In this document: positions 54,486 through 64,000 of the stretch, piece after piece
Layout of the letters: the number at the start of each line of letters is the position of its first letter
Numbering within the stretch: the stretch's first letter is position 1
The notes under the pieces: model-generated
The model's database searches: none
Seen by the model: the letters and a program-made list of their open reading frames with translations, nothing else
Told to the model about the DNA's origin: nothing
Translations under genes and position numbers: made by a program
Source of the DNA: Malacoraja senta
Taxonomy: Eukaryota
Reading direction: 5' to 3'
Assembly: GCA_038087875.1 (NCBI GenBank)
Contig: CM075992.1
Span: forward strand, 5,396,001-5,460,000
DNA length: 64,000 bases

Positions 54486-54500
54486 TTAAAACTATCGTTC
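54150..54500 (+). promoter_or_regulatory. CpG-island promoter with probable first exon (donor GTGAGT at 54419)
   Basis: Abrupt GC/CpG-rich block in AT-rich DNA. It contains a reverse CCAAT box (ATTGG ~54293), two AATGGCGGC YY1-type motifs (~54344, ~54377) and CT|GTGAGT. Confidence 0.7.
54449..54481 (+). repeat. (CAG)11 microsatellite
   Basis: Perfect CAG run just 3' of the putative splice donor. Confidence 0.95.
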
Positions 54501-54680
54501 GCTGCCTTTGAATGCCGACTAATATTATTATTTTAAAAAGTGTTATAACATATTATTTCGAAATATGCCAAGATGTGGGCAACATTACATCATTTATTGC
54601 GTGCTATAGTACGCAGAGCATACAAGTCTATTGATAAGAGCTTGGAAAATAGGTTAATTCAATACGTTTATTTAATTTTT

Positions 54681-54838
54681 TGTTGTGTATGAGAATATGA
54701 ATGGTATAATTGAATGACGCGCGATTGTACGCATGCGCAGTGAGACTCAAGAGAGCGATTTCAATACAACAAGCATGTTAAATTACTGGTGTGTTCCGAG
54801 TCTTATTTTAAGTCAGATTCCAGCAGCAATACATAACA
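54681..54838 (+). repeat. 5' LTR (158 bp)
   Basis: TGTTGTGTATGAG...ACATAACA, repeated at 61429-61588 with about 8 substitutions and one 2-nt indel (counted by eye). Confidence 0.95.
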
Positions 54839-54841
54839 ATT

Positions 54842-54861
54842 TGGCGACGAGGATGGGATTC
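54842..54861 (+). other. Primer binding site complementary to tRNA-Ser(GCT) 3' end
   Basis: TGGCGACGAGGATGGGATTC is the reverse complement of GAATCCCATCCTCGTCG-CCA and lies 3 nt after the LTR. Confidence 0.85.
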
Positions 54862-56546
54862 CGCTAACAGGAACAGTATTGCGGTCGAATTGAGGCTTTT
54901 CTCACGATCGGACCTGACGTTAAAGAAGAGTTATGTATTTTGGCACGAAAAATATGGGACTGGAACGCACGATCGCCATGCAACAAGCAGTGCTGTAGCG
55001 GGGCAGCACAGCTCATCGAAGTAGCCTTGACAGCAGGTTTTGATTGAGTTTCCAGTGCCGTGCAGCCACGGCCAAGTCAAGCAACCGCCACCGACGACGA
55101 GAGGCCGAATCTCCGAGAGCAGACCTGCACCGGTGATAACATAAGGACACATCGTTAAGCGGTGCGGCCCTGATGCGGTCAACTTACCTAGCCGAAGATC
55201 TACCGTGTCGCCAGCCGTACGTCGCGTAGCCTGAAAATGAGCTGATGCTACCAGCAAAGCCATCCCGTGAAGCCAGCAAAGCCAGTCCATGAGGCCAGCC
55301 GAGAAGTCGCCGAGACACCGGAGTCCTGAGACAGTATGGTCTACAATCAAGTCGACCGGTGATTTCATCGCAGCAAAAGCTGGACTTTACGAATTTAGCG
55401 AACACAGTACTCAACAAACACATTAAACTGTTTGATGAACAATAATTTAGAGGATATATGTGTGCATTGCATGTATATGGCTTGAAATATATCAGTATAT
55501 TATTATATTAGTATATTATTAATATTAGTATATTGGTATAAATCGATTATTATATTAGTATATTATTATATTGATATTAGTATAAATCGATTAGTATAAG
55601 AGAGTTATTGGTACTGAATTTATGTGATAATTGGTCAGTGATTTTGTAAAGGAATATATGGCGATAGTCAATATGGCGACAGCGATGGAGGTTGCTAAAC
55701 AAGATAATGCTACCTCCGTCCATCAGCTTCAAAGGAAGGCGTCTGGACTAAAGAACACAAGGAGTCCATCAAGGGCATCCAAAGAAAAGGCCCAATACAC
55801 CAAGAAGTGCTGGTGATGTGGCGGCAGCCATGAGCCAGCGATGTGTAAATTTTGATATGGTAGGTGCTTCAGGTGCTCAGGTCCATTGAAGAGGACATTG
55901 TGTAAGAGGACGGCACGTTGTGTAACTGAGTAGCAACAGTGTAACCATGGCTAATTTAATCGTTGAAAATGTGCCCCAGTTAAAGGCCTGTCTCACGAGT
56001 CTGCGGTCTATGGCGGCGAAACGGGAAGAATCTGCTGCCATAGACCGCGCACTCGTGAGAAAGTACAATTCCCGGGCCGTGCGGCGGTGTTCCCAACTCC
56101 GCGCGGTGCTAAAATAAAATCGACAATGTCCAAAACTAAATACTCACCGCACAACCTCCACCAGTGATGCACGAGTGCGGCACGGCCGCTCGCACGGGCC
56201 GCCGCCAGTATGGCTCGAGCGCCGTGCGTCAAACCTCCACTGCCACAGTCTCCGCCAGTGAGGCACGTGCCGCCGCCAGTGAGGCACGGGCCGCCGCCAG
56301 TATGGCTCGAGCGCCGTGCGTCAAACCTCCACTGCCACAGCCGCCGCTGGTGAGTCACCTGCGGCGGGCCGACGTCATCGCAGTCAGCCCGCCCTTTTAT
56401 TTACTTACCGCAAGGACGTGAGACCCGCCGTGTTTGAATTAACTCGGCCCCCGCGTAGCATCCGTGCGGCGCTCCGGTGGATAGGCTCGACGCTCTCGCC
56501 GTTGCCGCGCGGTCCTCGCTACCGGCGACGCCGCGCTTCACCGCCG

Positions 56547-57951
56547 ATGACCGCAAACAGGTAAGACAGAGCCTTTAGAATCTGGTTATACTTTTGAGGA
56601 ATGGACCGAAGTCTTAGAGGCTTGGTTCACTTCAAACGATATCACTTCAGAAGAGAAGCAAAGAGCATTTTTCCTTACAGGTTTAGGAAGCAGGGGTTAT
56701 CATACCCTACGTGCATTGCTGCAGCCAGCTAAGCCCGCCCGTAAAACGTACAAGGAACGTAAGGAGGCGTTAATTGCTCATTTCTCGCCAAAACCAACAG
56801 AAATAGTGCAAAGATATTGATTCTATACATGCATACAAGCAAATGAAACAATCCCTCAGTTCCTAGCAAAGTTTCGACAGTTAAGTGATGGGTGTAATTT
56901 TAAGGAACTGGAGAATATGCTAAGAGATAGATTGGTGGTAGGATGTGCAGATGTTAACATCCAGCGAAAACTGTTGGGTACACCAAAGTTAACCTTTGAG
57001 AACGCAGTCAATATGGCGACAGCGATGGAGGTTGCTAAAAAAAGATGATGCTACCTCCGTCCATCAGCTTCAAAGGAAGTCGTCTGGACTAAAGAAGACG
57101 AGTCCATCAAGGGCATCCAAAGAAAAGGCCCAATACTCCAAGAAGTGCTGGAGATGTGGCGGCAGCCATGAGCCAGCGATGTGTAAATTTCGAGATGGTA
57201 GGTGCTTCAGGTGCTCGGGAACGGGTCACACCAAAAGCCAGTGTGATGCTGTTGGAGCTTACCAACAGAAGAGGAGACAATTCCAGAAAAAAGCAAACCA
57301 CTTGGAGGAGACTGATTCGAATTCATCAGAGGGAACCATGAGCCACTTGGAAGATGAATCGATCAACAAGTTGACGAACTCTGACCCGTATACAGCCACT
57401 TTGATAGTGAACGGCAGGGAGGTACAACTAGAAGTTGACACTGGAAGTCCATGGACTATCATACCAGAAGAAGTCTTCAAAAAACTCGGTCAGGACCCCA
57501 GACTAGATCCCTGTAGCCTCAAGCTGAAATCCTACACAGGCGAGAAGGTTGACATCTACGGACAAGCAACGGTACAGATACAGCTCAAACCTCCCAGGAA
57601 GCCAGAAACGCTGACCCTAGTGGTAGTAAAGAAAGGTGCAAGGCTATTGGGAAGAGACTGGTTGAGGAAGTACCCTGGATTGCTGTTAAATCTAGCCAGC
57701 CAGAACACGCCGGATCCAAGCCTAAGTCCACTGAGTAGTATACACAGTTTGCAAGATGCCATGAACACAGTACTCAACAAACACGCTAAACTGTTTGATA
57801 ACAGCACCCATGAAGTACTGAAGGGATACCAAGCCAAAGTGTATCCACAAGACGAAAACAGTGGAGCAAAGTTTTACAAGGCAGCGTCTGTTTCATATGC
57901 TGCTAGAAAGCATATTGATGCGCATTGGATGACTTGCTGCAGGATGGCATT
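56547..57951 (+). pseudogene. Gypsy gag-protease region, frameshifted
   Basis: FEEWTEVLEAWF...LRDRLVVG capsid-like segment with an internal TGA, knuckles CWRCGGSHEPAMC and CFRCSGTGHTKSQC, protease LEVDTGS (~57437) and LLGRDWL. Confidence 0.9.
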
Positions 57952-58575
57952 GTAAGTAAGTTTATTGGCCAAGTATTCACATACAAGGAATTTGCCTTGG
58001 TGCTCCGCCCACAAGTAACAACATGACATACAGTGACAGTCACGAATGACTCAGAAAACACTAAACATTAATAATAATAAAACATTAATGATAAAACACC
58101 ATTGATCAAGCATGTAAACCAACAAAATACCAGGTCAAAGGGAGGCTACAGATTTTTGGCTGTTGAGTAAAGCAACTACTCGTAGATAAAACTGTTTTTA
58201 TGTCTTGACAACCCGGAGTCGCCTTCCAGAGGGAAGTGATTCAAAGAGTTTGTGGCCAGGGTGAGAGGGGTCAGAGATGATCTTGCCCGTTCGCTTCCTG
58301 GCCCTTGTAGTGTACAGTTCATCAATGGAGGGAAGGTTGCAGCCAATAACCTCTGCTGATCGGACGATTCGCTGCAGCCTCCAGGTGTTGTGCTTGGTGG
58401 CTGAGCCAAACCAGACCATGATGGAGAAGGTGAGAACAGACTCTACGATGGCCGTGTAGAATTGGACCATCATTGCCTGTTGCAGATTGTGCTTCCTCAG
58501 CTGCTGTAGGAAGTACATCCTCTGTTGTGCCTGTTTGACTGTGGAGTCTATGGTAGCCCCCCACTTAAGGTCCTT
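57952..58575 (-). mobile_element. Rex1/Babar-like LINE 3' fragment nested in Gypsy pol
   Basis: ORF with KQAQQRMYFLQQLRK...FYTAIVESVLTFSIMVWF...LPSGRR, followed by an aataaa/(cttA) tail. Confidence 0.85.
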
Positions 58576-58590
58576 GGACTTAAGGTCCTT

Positions 58591-59039
58591 ATCAATAGAC
58601 AATAGGTGCAGGAGTAGGCCATTTGGCCCTTCGAGCCTGCACCGCCATTCAATGTGATCATGGCCGATCAACCCCAATCAGTACCCCGTTCCTGTCTTCT
58701 CCCCATATCCCCTGACTCTGCTATTTTTAAGAGCCCTATCTAGCTCTCTCTCGAAAGCATCCAGAGAACCTGCCTCCACCACCCTCTGAGCAGAGAATTC
58801 CACAGACTCACCACTCTGTGAGAAAAAGTGTTTCCTCGTCTCCGTTCTAAATGGCTTACTCCTTATTCTTAAACTGTGGCCCCTGGTTCTGGACTCCCCC
58901 AACATCGGGAACATGTTTCCTGCCTCTAGTGTGACCAAGGCCTTAACAATCTTATATGTTTCAATGAGATACCCTCTCATCCTTCTAAACTCCAGAGTGT
59001 ACAAGCCCAGTTGCTCCATTCTCTCAGCATATGACAGTC
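58591..59039 (-). mobile_element. CR1/HER1 LINE 3' fragment nested in Gypsy pol
   Basis: LGLYTLEFRRMRG...SRTRGHSLRI...GYGEK C-terminus plus the conserved CR1 3' tail. Confidence 0.9.
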
Positions 59040-59050
59040 TTTGAGGCCTC

Positions 59051-61147
59051 TAGCCTTTGAAGACAGCAGATTTCGCATGCCTGATCATAGCTATTCCGAA
59101 ACCGAATGGGAGCATGAGAGCCTGCGGCAATTACAAGCTCACAGCAAATAAGGTGCTGAAAGTTGAACAGTATCCCCTTCCAACCTTGGAGGATCTCCTG
59201 CAGGAACTAGAAGGAAGAGAAAAGTTCTCTAAATTATTCCTCTCCCATGCCTATCATCAGATTGAGTTAGACCCTGAAGCTCGGAGGTTCACCACAATCA
59301 ATACACACAAAGGTCTCTTCGAGTATACCAGATTACCCTTTGGCATATCCAGCGCACCAGCCATGTTCCAGAGAACAATGGAGAGCCTGCTAGCAGATAT
59401 TCCCATGTGCAAACTGTATCTGGATGATAACATCTACTGCTGAAAGACTGACGAAGAGCACCTCAGGAACCTGGAAGCGGTCCTGTCAAGACTAGAAACC
59501 AGTGGGTTACATCTGAAGAAGGAGAAGTGTGCACTGATGCAAGAGTCAGTCGACTATCTCGAACATCTACTGAACAAGTATGGTCTTCATCCTCTTCAAG
59601 ACAAAGTTGATGCGGTGCAGGAAGCAAAGCGGCCTGTGAACCAAAGCCAACTCCAGGCATACGTAGGCTTACTTGGGTATTACAGGAAGTTTATACCCAA
59701 CCTGTCATAGGAGATTGCACCGTTGACTCTAATGCTGAAGGATGAGTACAGATCAGCAGATTCAAAGAGTGGGAGGAGAAGCTGCGAGCCTGATCCCAAG
59801 TTCAAATGGGGAAAGGAGCAAGAGCAGGCATTCCAGAGATCCATGCGTCTTCAGAGTGATATTGTGCTGACGCATTACGATCCAGCTAAACCCATCCTGC
59901 TCCAAATGGATGCAAGCCCCTATGGCTTAGGTGCTGTGATAAGCCATGTGGATTCAGATGGACAAGAATGTCCGATAGCTTTTGCCTCACACACTCTCAA
60001 GCCCAGCGAAGTGAACTACGCACAATATGAAAAGGAGGGTTTATCCATAATCTTCGGACTGAAGAAGTTCCACAAGCAGTTACATGGGAGGTCTTTCACC
60101 ATTGTGACTGATCACAAGCCTCTGATGGGACTCTTTGGAGACCACAAGCCTGCCAGCCCAATGGCCTCTGCTCGCATAGCAAGATGGCATATGATCCTGT
60201 CTGCCTACAGTTACAAGATAGTCCATCGAGAAGGCAAGAAACACCAGAATGCAGACGCGTTGTCGCGCTTGCCGATTCACGAAGTGGACTCTTCATGGAA
60301 TCACCCTGAGCTTACGGAGCTTGATGAAGCACCAGAGGCACGCATCAACTTGCTCACCGATCTGGACACATGCCCTGTTGATGCACAGGAAGTGAAGAGA
60401 GCCACCAAGAAGGACAGAGTTCTGTCAAAGGTGAAGAACCACATCATGGAAGGATGGCCAAGTGCAAGGAATCTTCCAGAAGAAGTAAAGCCCTTTGCCA
60501 GCAAGAAAGAAGAGCTGTCAGTTGAGGATGACATAATCCTGTGGGGACCAAGAGTGGTCATCCCAGATAATCTAGAGATGAGGACTAGAATCCTTGAAGA
60601 ACTTCACAGTCTGCGACCCGATCTAAGCAAATCTGTCCGAAGGAAGCAAGCCTCAATGAAACAGGCAGCAGATCGAGGAAGCAAGAAACGAGTCTTTGAG
60701 GTGAATGATCATGTCATGGTCAAGAACTTCACATCAGGTCCTACTTGGCTTTACGGAATGATAGCAGAAGTCATCAGTGAAGTCATGTACAATGTAAAGT
60801 TGAGTGAGGGAAGAGTCGTTCGTCGTCATGTAGATCAAATGAGAGCATACTTGCCAAAAGGTGACGAGCACACCGACTTCCACCAAAGAGAAGTGGTTCA
60901 ACCAAGTGAGGAGCCACTGATAGTTCTGCCTACTCCAACCGCAGGTGTAGATTCTGAAAGAACTTCAGAGAGTGACAAACCTTTCGTCCACAGTAATAAC
61001 ACAACATCACAACCAGAACCACAACCAGAGCCTGATATCTCAGATAACATGCAAAATCCAACACAGACAGATAGACGCATGTCTAGTAGAATTACAAGAA
61101 CATCTAAAAGATTTGATGATTTTGTTATTTATAAGTGTAACATATAG
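59051..61147 (+). pseudogene. Gypsy pol remnant: RT, RNase H, integrase with core deleted
   Basis: YPLPTLEDL, RLPFGISSAPAMFQR, YLDD (59417-59428), DASPYGLGAV, TDHKPL and NADALSRLP motifs. ILEELH is joined directly to LRPDL of the integrase C-terminus. Confidence 0.92.
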
Positions 61148-61415
61148 TTGGCACAAAGCAATGTGTCCTTTATTTGGTTTGCCACACCACGTTTAAGGAA
61201 GATGGGTGGAATGTAACAATCCTAAATACCAAGTTTAGATAAACGGTTTACTTTATGCATGGTTATTACTGCCTGGTAAAGTATGCGGGGTATAATGGTT
61301 TAAACATCAGGTCTTGTTTGCATAATCAATTACATTTTATAAGTTTTGGTGTTACAGTAAGGATTTTGTGTAAAAGATCATATACAGTGAAGATTGTGTT
61401 ACCTGCCTCCAAGTT

Positions 61416-61588
61416 AAAGGGGGAGGAGTGTTGTGTATGAGAATATGAATGGTATAATTGAATGACTTGCGCGATTGTACCCATGCGCAGTGAGACTCAA
61501 GATGGCGATTTCAATACTACAAGCATGTTAAATTACTGGTGTGTTCCGAGTCTTATTTTGTGTCAGATTCCAGCACCACTACATAACA
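61416..61588 (+). repeat. Polypurine tract plus 3' LTR (LTR 61429-61588)
   Basis: AAAGGGGGAGGAG immediately before TGTTGTGTATGAG...ACATAACA. Confidence 0.95.
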
Positions 61589-62964
61589 TGATTAATTAAT
61601 TATTTTCAGCAACCGGACTAATCATTGCTCAAATAGCTGGGGAGTGGGAACTGAACCCACGTCAACCATCTGCTGGAGGAGTTGGATGGGCCAAATGGCC
61701 TTCTTCCATGAGCAGGAAGGAACTACAGATGCTGGTTTACACTGAAGTTAGACACAAAATGCTGGCGTAACTCAGCTGGACAGGCAGCATCTGGAGTGAG
61801 GGAATGGGTGATGTTTTCGGAAGGGTCTCGACCCGAAACGTCACCCATTCCTTCTCTCCAGAGATGCTGTCGTGCTTCTTCCATGTTGCAGAGGTCTCTG
61901 ATTCCAAATTGTTAGTGCAAATGTTTTGTTCTTTCCAATTGGTATGTTGGAATGCTTTGGCCATCCAGATCTGACAATGCCTCTGTAAGAATGATTATTA
62001 TTATCACCAGTCTGCTTGCCCGAATGAGGAGACACAAGAGAATGCAGACAATTGAAAAGTATAGCACAGGAACAGGCTATGCCGAACTTAATGCCAAGAT
62101 AAACGAATCTCATCTGCCTCCACATGATCCATAAATCCTCTCTCTGCATATCCATGTACCTATATAAAAGCCTCTTAAACATTTTACCATCGCTCCTTGG
62201 TGCACTAATCACCCACTGGCCATTCCTCATGCACTCATTCCTCATGGCCTCTTCCCATTCCTCATTTTGCACTGGTTATCTTTGCCCATCGAAATCTGAC
62301 TATGCCATTGTAAGAAGAATTATTATATCACCGGTGTATGTCTGAGTTAGAAGGATAAGATGCACAGGGGACTAGATGCTTCAACATCACCTTCACCTGT
62401 CCAGAGTCCACCAATCACCCGCATGCCCTAGTCATCTTAAACTCATGTGCACTAGCTCTAGACTCCTCCGCCTCTTTAAAAAATATATTGTCGATCTTAT
62501 CTATGCCCCCTCAAAATGTTATAAACCTCCTTAAGGTCACCACTCAACCTACATTCCAACTAGAGTAACTCCAGCCTCTCCATTCTCTCCTTATATCTTC
62601 AGCCCTCCATTCCAGTCAACATCTTAATTACCAAACACAAAGTACTGGACAGTCTTAGTGGATCACTCAGCATCTGGGGAGGGAATGGATAGGTGATGAT
62701 TCGAATTGAGACCCTTCAGTCTGAAGAAGTGTCCCCACCTGAAACAATGCCTGTCCATTCCCTCCCCAAATGCTGCCTGACCTGCTGAGTTCCTACAGCC
62801 AAAGATACAGTTCCTACAGCCTTTGTGTTTTGCCTGAAATTCCAGCATCTGTAATTTCTTATCAACATTTGATGAGTCTCCTCTTCACACCCTATATGGC
62901 TACCACAATCAATATCTTTTGTATAAAATTACAAGTATAACAAATATTCTCGCTGATTTGGATG

Positions 62965-63100
62965 GAGGAAGGGAATTATTCCTGATATCCTGCTCCTATA
63001 GATATTCCTCATTCAACATCACTGCAACAGGATGTCTAATCATGATCATATTGCTGCTTGTGGAAGCTTGCTGTGTGTAAATTGAATAGCTTTTCTTCCT
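62965..63100 (+). mobile_element. Deu-domain SINE remnant (SacSINE1/AmnSINE-like)
   Basis: cctgatatcctg...caacatcac...cattgctgcttgtggaagcttgctgtgtgtaaattg resembles the Deu domain. Related pieces at ~28130-28265, 30780-30920 and 51470-51605. Confidence 0.6.
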
Positions 63101-64000
63101 TCAGCTGAGGGTAGAGAGCTATGAACAGTTGCTATGGCAAAATACAACAATAAAATAATCAAACCCATATAGATGTGTAAATAATGTAGGGAGGGGGTGG
63201 TGTTCATACTTGACAAAAAACAACAATGCTATGAAGACTTCTTTTGATTGATTCACATAAGATTGCAGCTCCAACTTTTGTCCAAGGATGCCAATCTGAT
63301 TTCTACGTGGATTATGTTAAATATACTCCCACTGCACAATATGGCACACAAACATGCTACATTTTTCACGCTATGAGAAAGCATAGATTTCAGAATGCAG
63401 GTGAAATGCTTCCAGCAGAGGGTGCACGTAACCAAAAGAACTTTCCAGAAGCTTCAGCATTGCAATCGCTCATCGGAAGCCAATGTGAGAACAGAATATC
63501 ATTGCAAGGGGACAGAGTTCCCAGGGAGAAAGGAAATGGATTCCAGTTGGCATAGTAACAATCACATTATCTGATTAACCTTGTCTGGGAAACAGGTAGA
63601 GACCGACATGATTTATGACTGATGATCAAACTCCAGTATTATGTTGATAGAGCTTAAGCCTTTGAGAGTGACGAACCATAGACTCATTCATATATGGAGG
63701 CCATTTGGCCCATTGTATCTATGCTACTTCTTTGAAAGGACTGTCCAATGAACCCAACTGTCTCTCACCCTTTCCCACAACTCTGCAAATTGTTCTCATT
63801 TATGAAAACGGCAAATCTAGCTGAAGGAGTCAACAGGATGGCCCGAGTCAAATCAAAGAGGCCCAAGAAGGGAGAGGCTTGTCCGCACCAACCCTAGATC
63901 GCTGTCATCCTTCCAGTCGCCCAGAGGGAAATGAGTAAATGCTAGCAGTCACCTGATTAATACCAACAGGAAGTGCAGCCTGACTAGTTATCCCCTGTTG

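Larger units (their letters stand above)
54681..61588 (+). mobile_element. Ty3/Gypsy (Mag-like) LTR retrotransposon, degenerate
   Basis: Two TG...CA LTRs, PBS, PPT, gag with two zinc knuckles, protease DTG, RT YLDD and RNase H. Carries frameshifts, stops and nested insertions. Confidence 0.95.

Noticed and set aside
54188..54511. 107-aa ORF with polyQ
   Set aside because: GTG start, runs across a splice donor, and the polyQ is simply the CAG microsatellite in GC-rich DNA.
54681..54700. Ty3-like targeting of the tRNA gene
   Set aside because: The insertion is about 730 bp from the tRNA, not at the Pol III start, and a single case cannot show targeting.
1..64000. CRISPR arrays, operons or prokaryotic systems
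   Set aside because: The sequence is clearly vertebrate, and no regularly spaced repeat-spacer array was seen.

Overview
Repeat-rich vertebrate genomic DNA, most likely from a cartilaginous fish such as a skate or ray (inferred from HE1/V-SINEs, HER1/CR1 LINEs, SacSINE1-like Deu-SINEs and Penelope remnants). No known host protein-coding exon is recognisable, and nearly all ORFs in the track are TE-derived or spurious. Best-supported features: (1) an intact intron-containing tRNA-Arg(TCT) gene at 53869-53953 (-), head-to-head with a CpG-island promoter and probable first exon at about 54150-54500; (2) a decayed Mag-like Ty3/Gypsy LTR retrotransposon at 54681-61588 with a tRNA-Ser(GCT) PBS, nested LINE insertions and a deleted integrase core; (3) many Penelope pLTR remnants carrying a minimal hammerhead-ribozyme motif, several as fold-back palindromes; (4) two Harbinger-type MITEs and a 1-kb TIR element; (5) a local inverted duplication. 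Some spliced minus-strand exon chains are flagged as speculative. Family names and human comparisons come from recall, not database searches.
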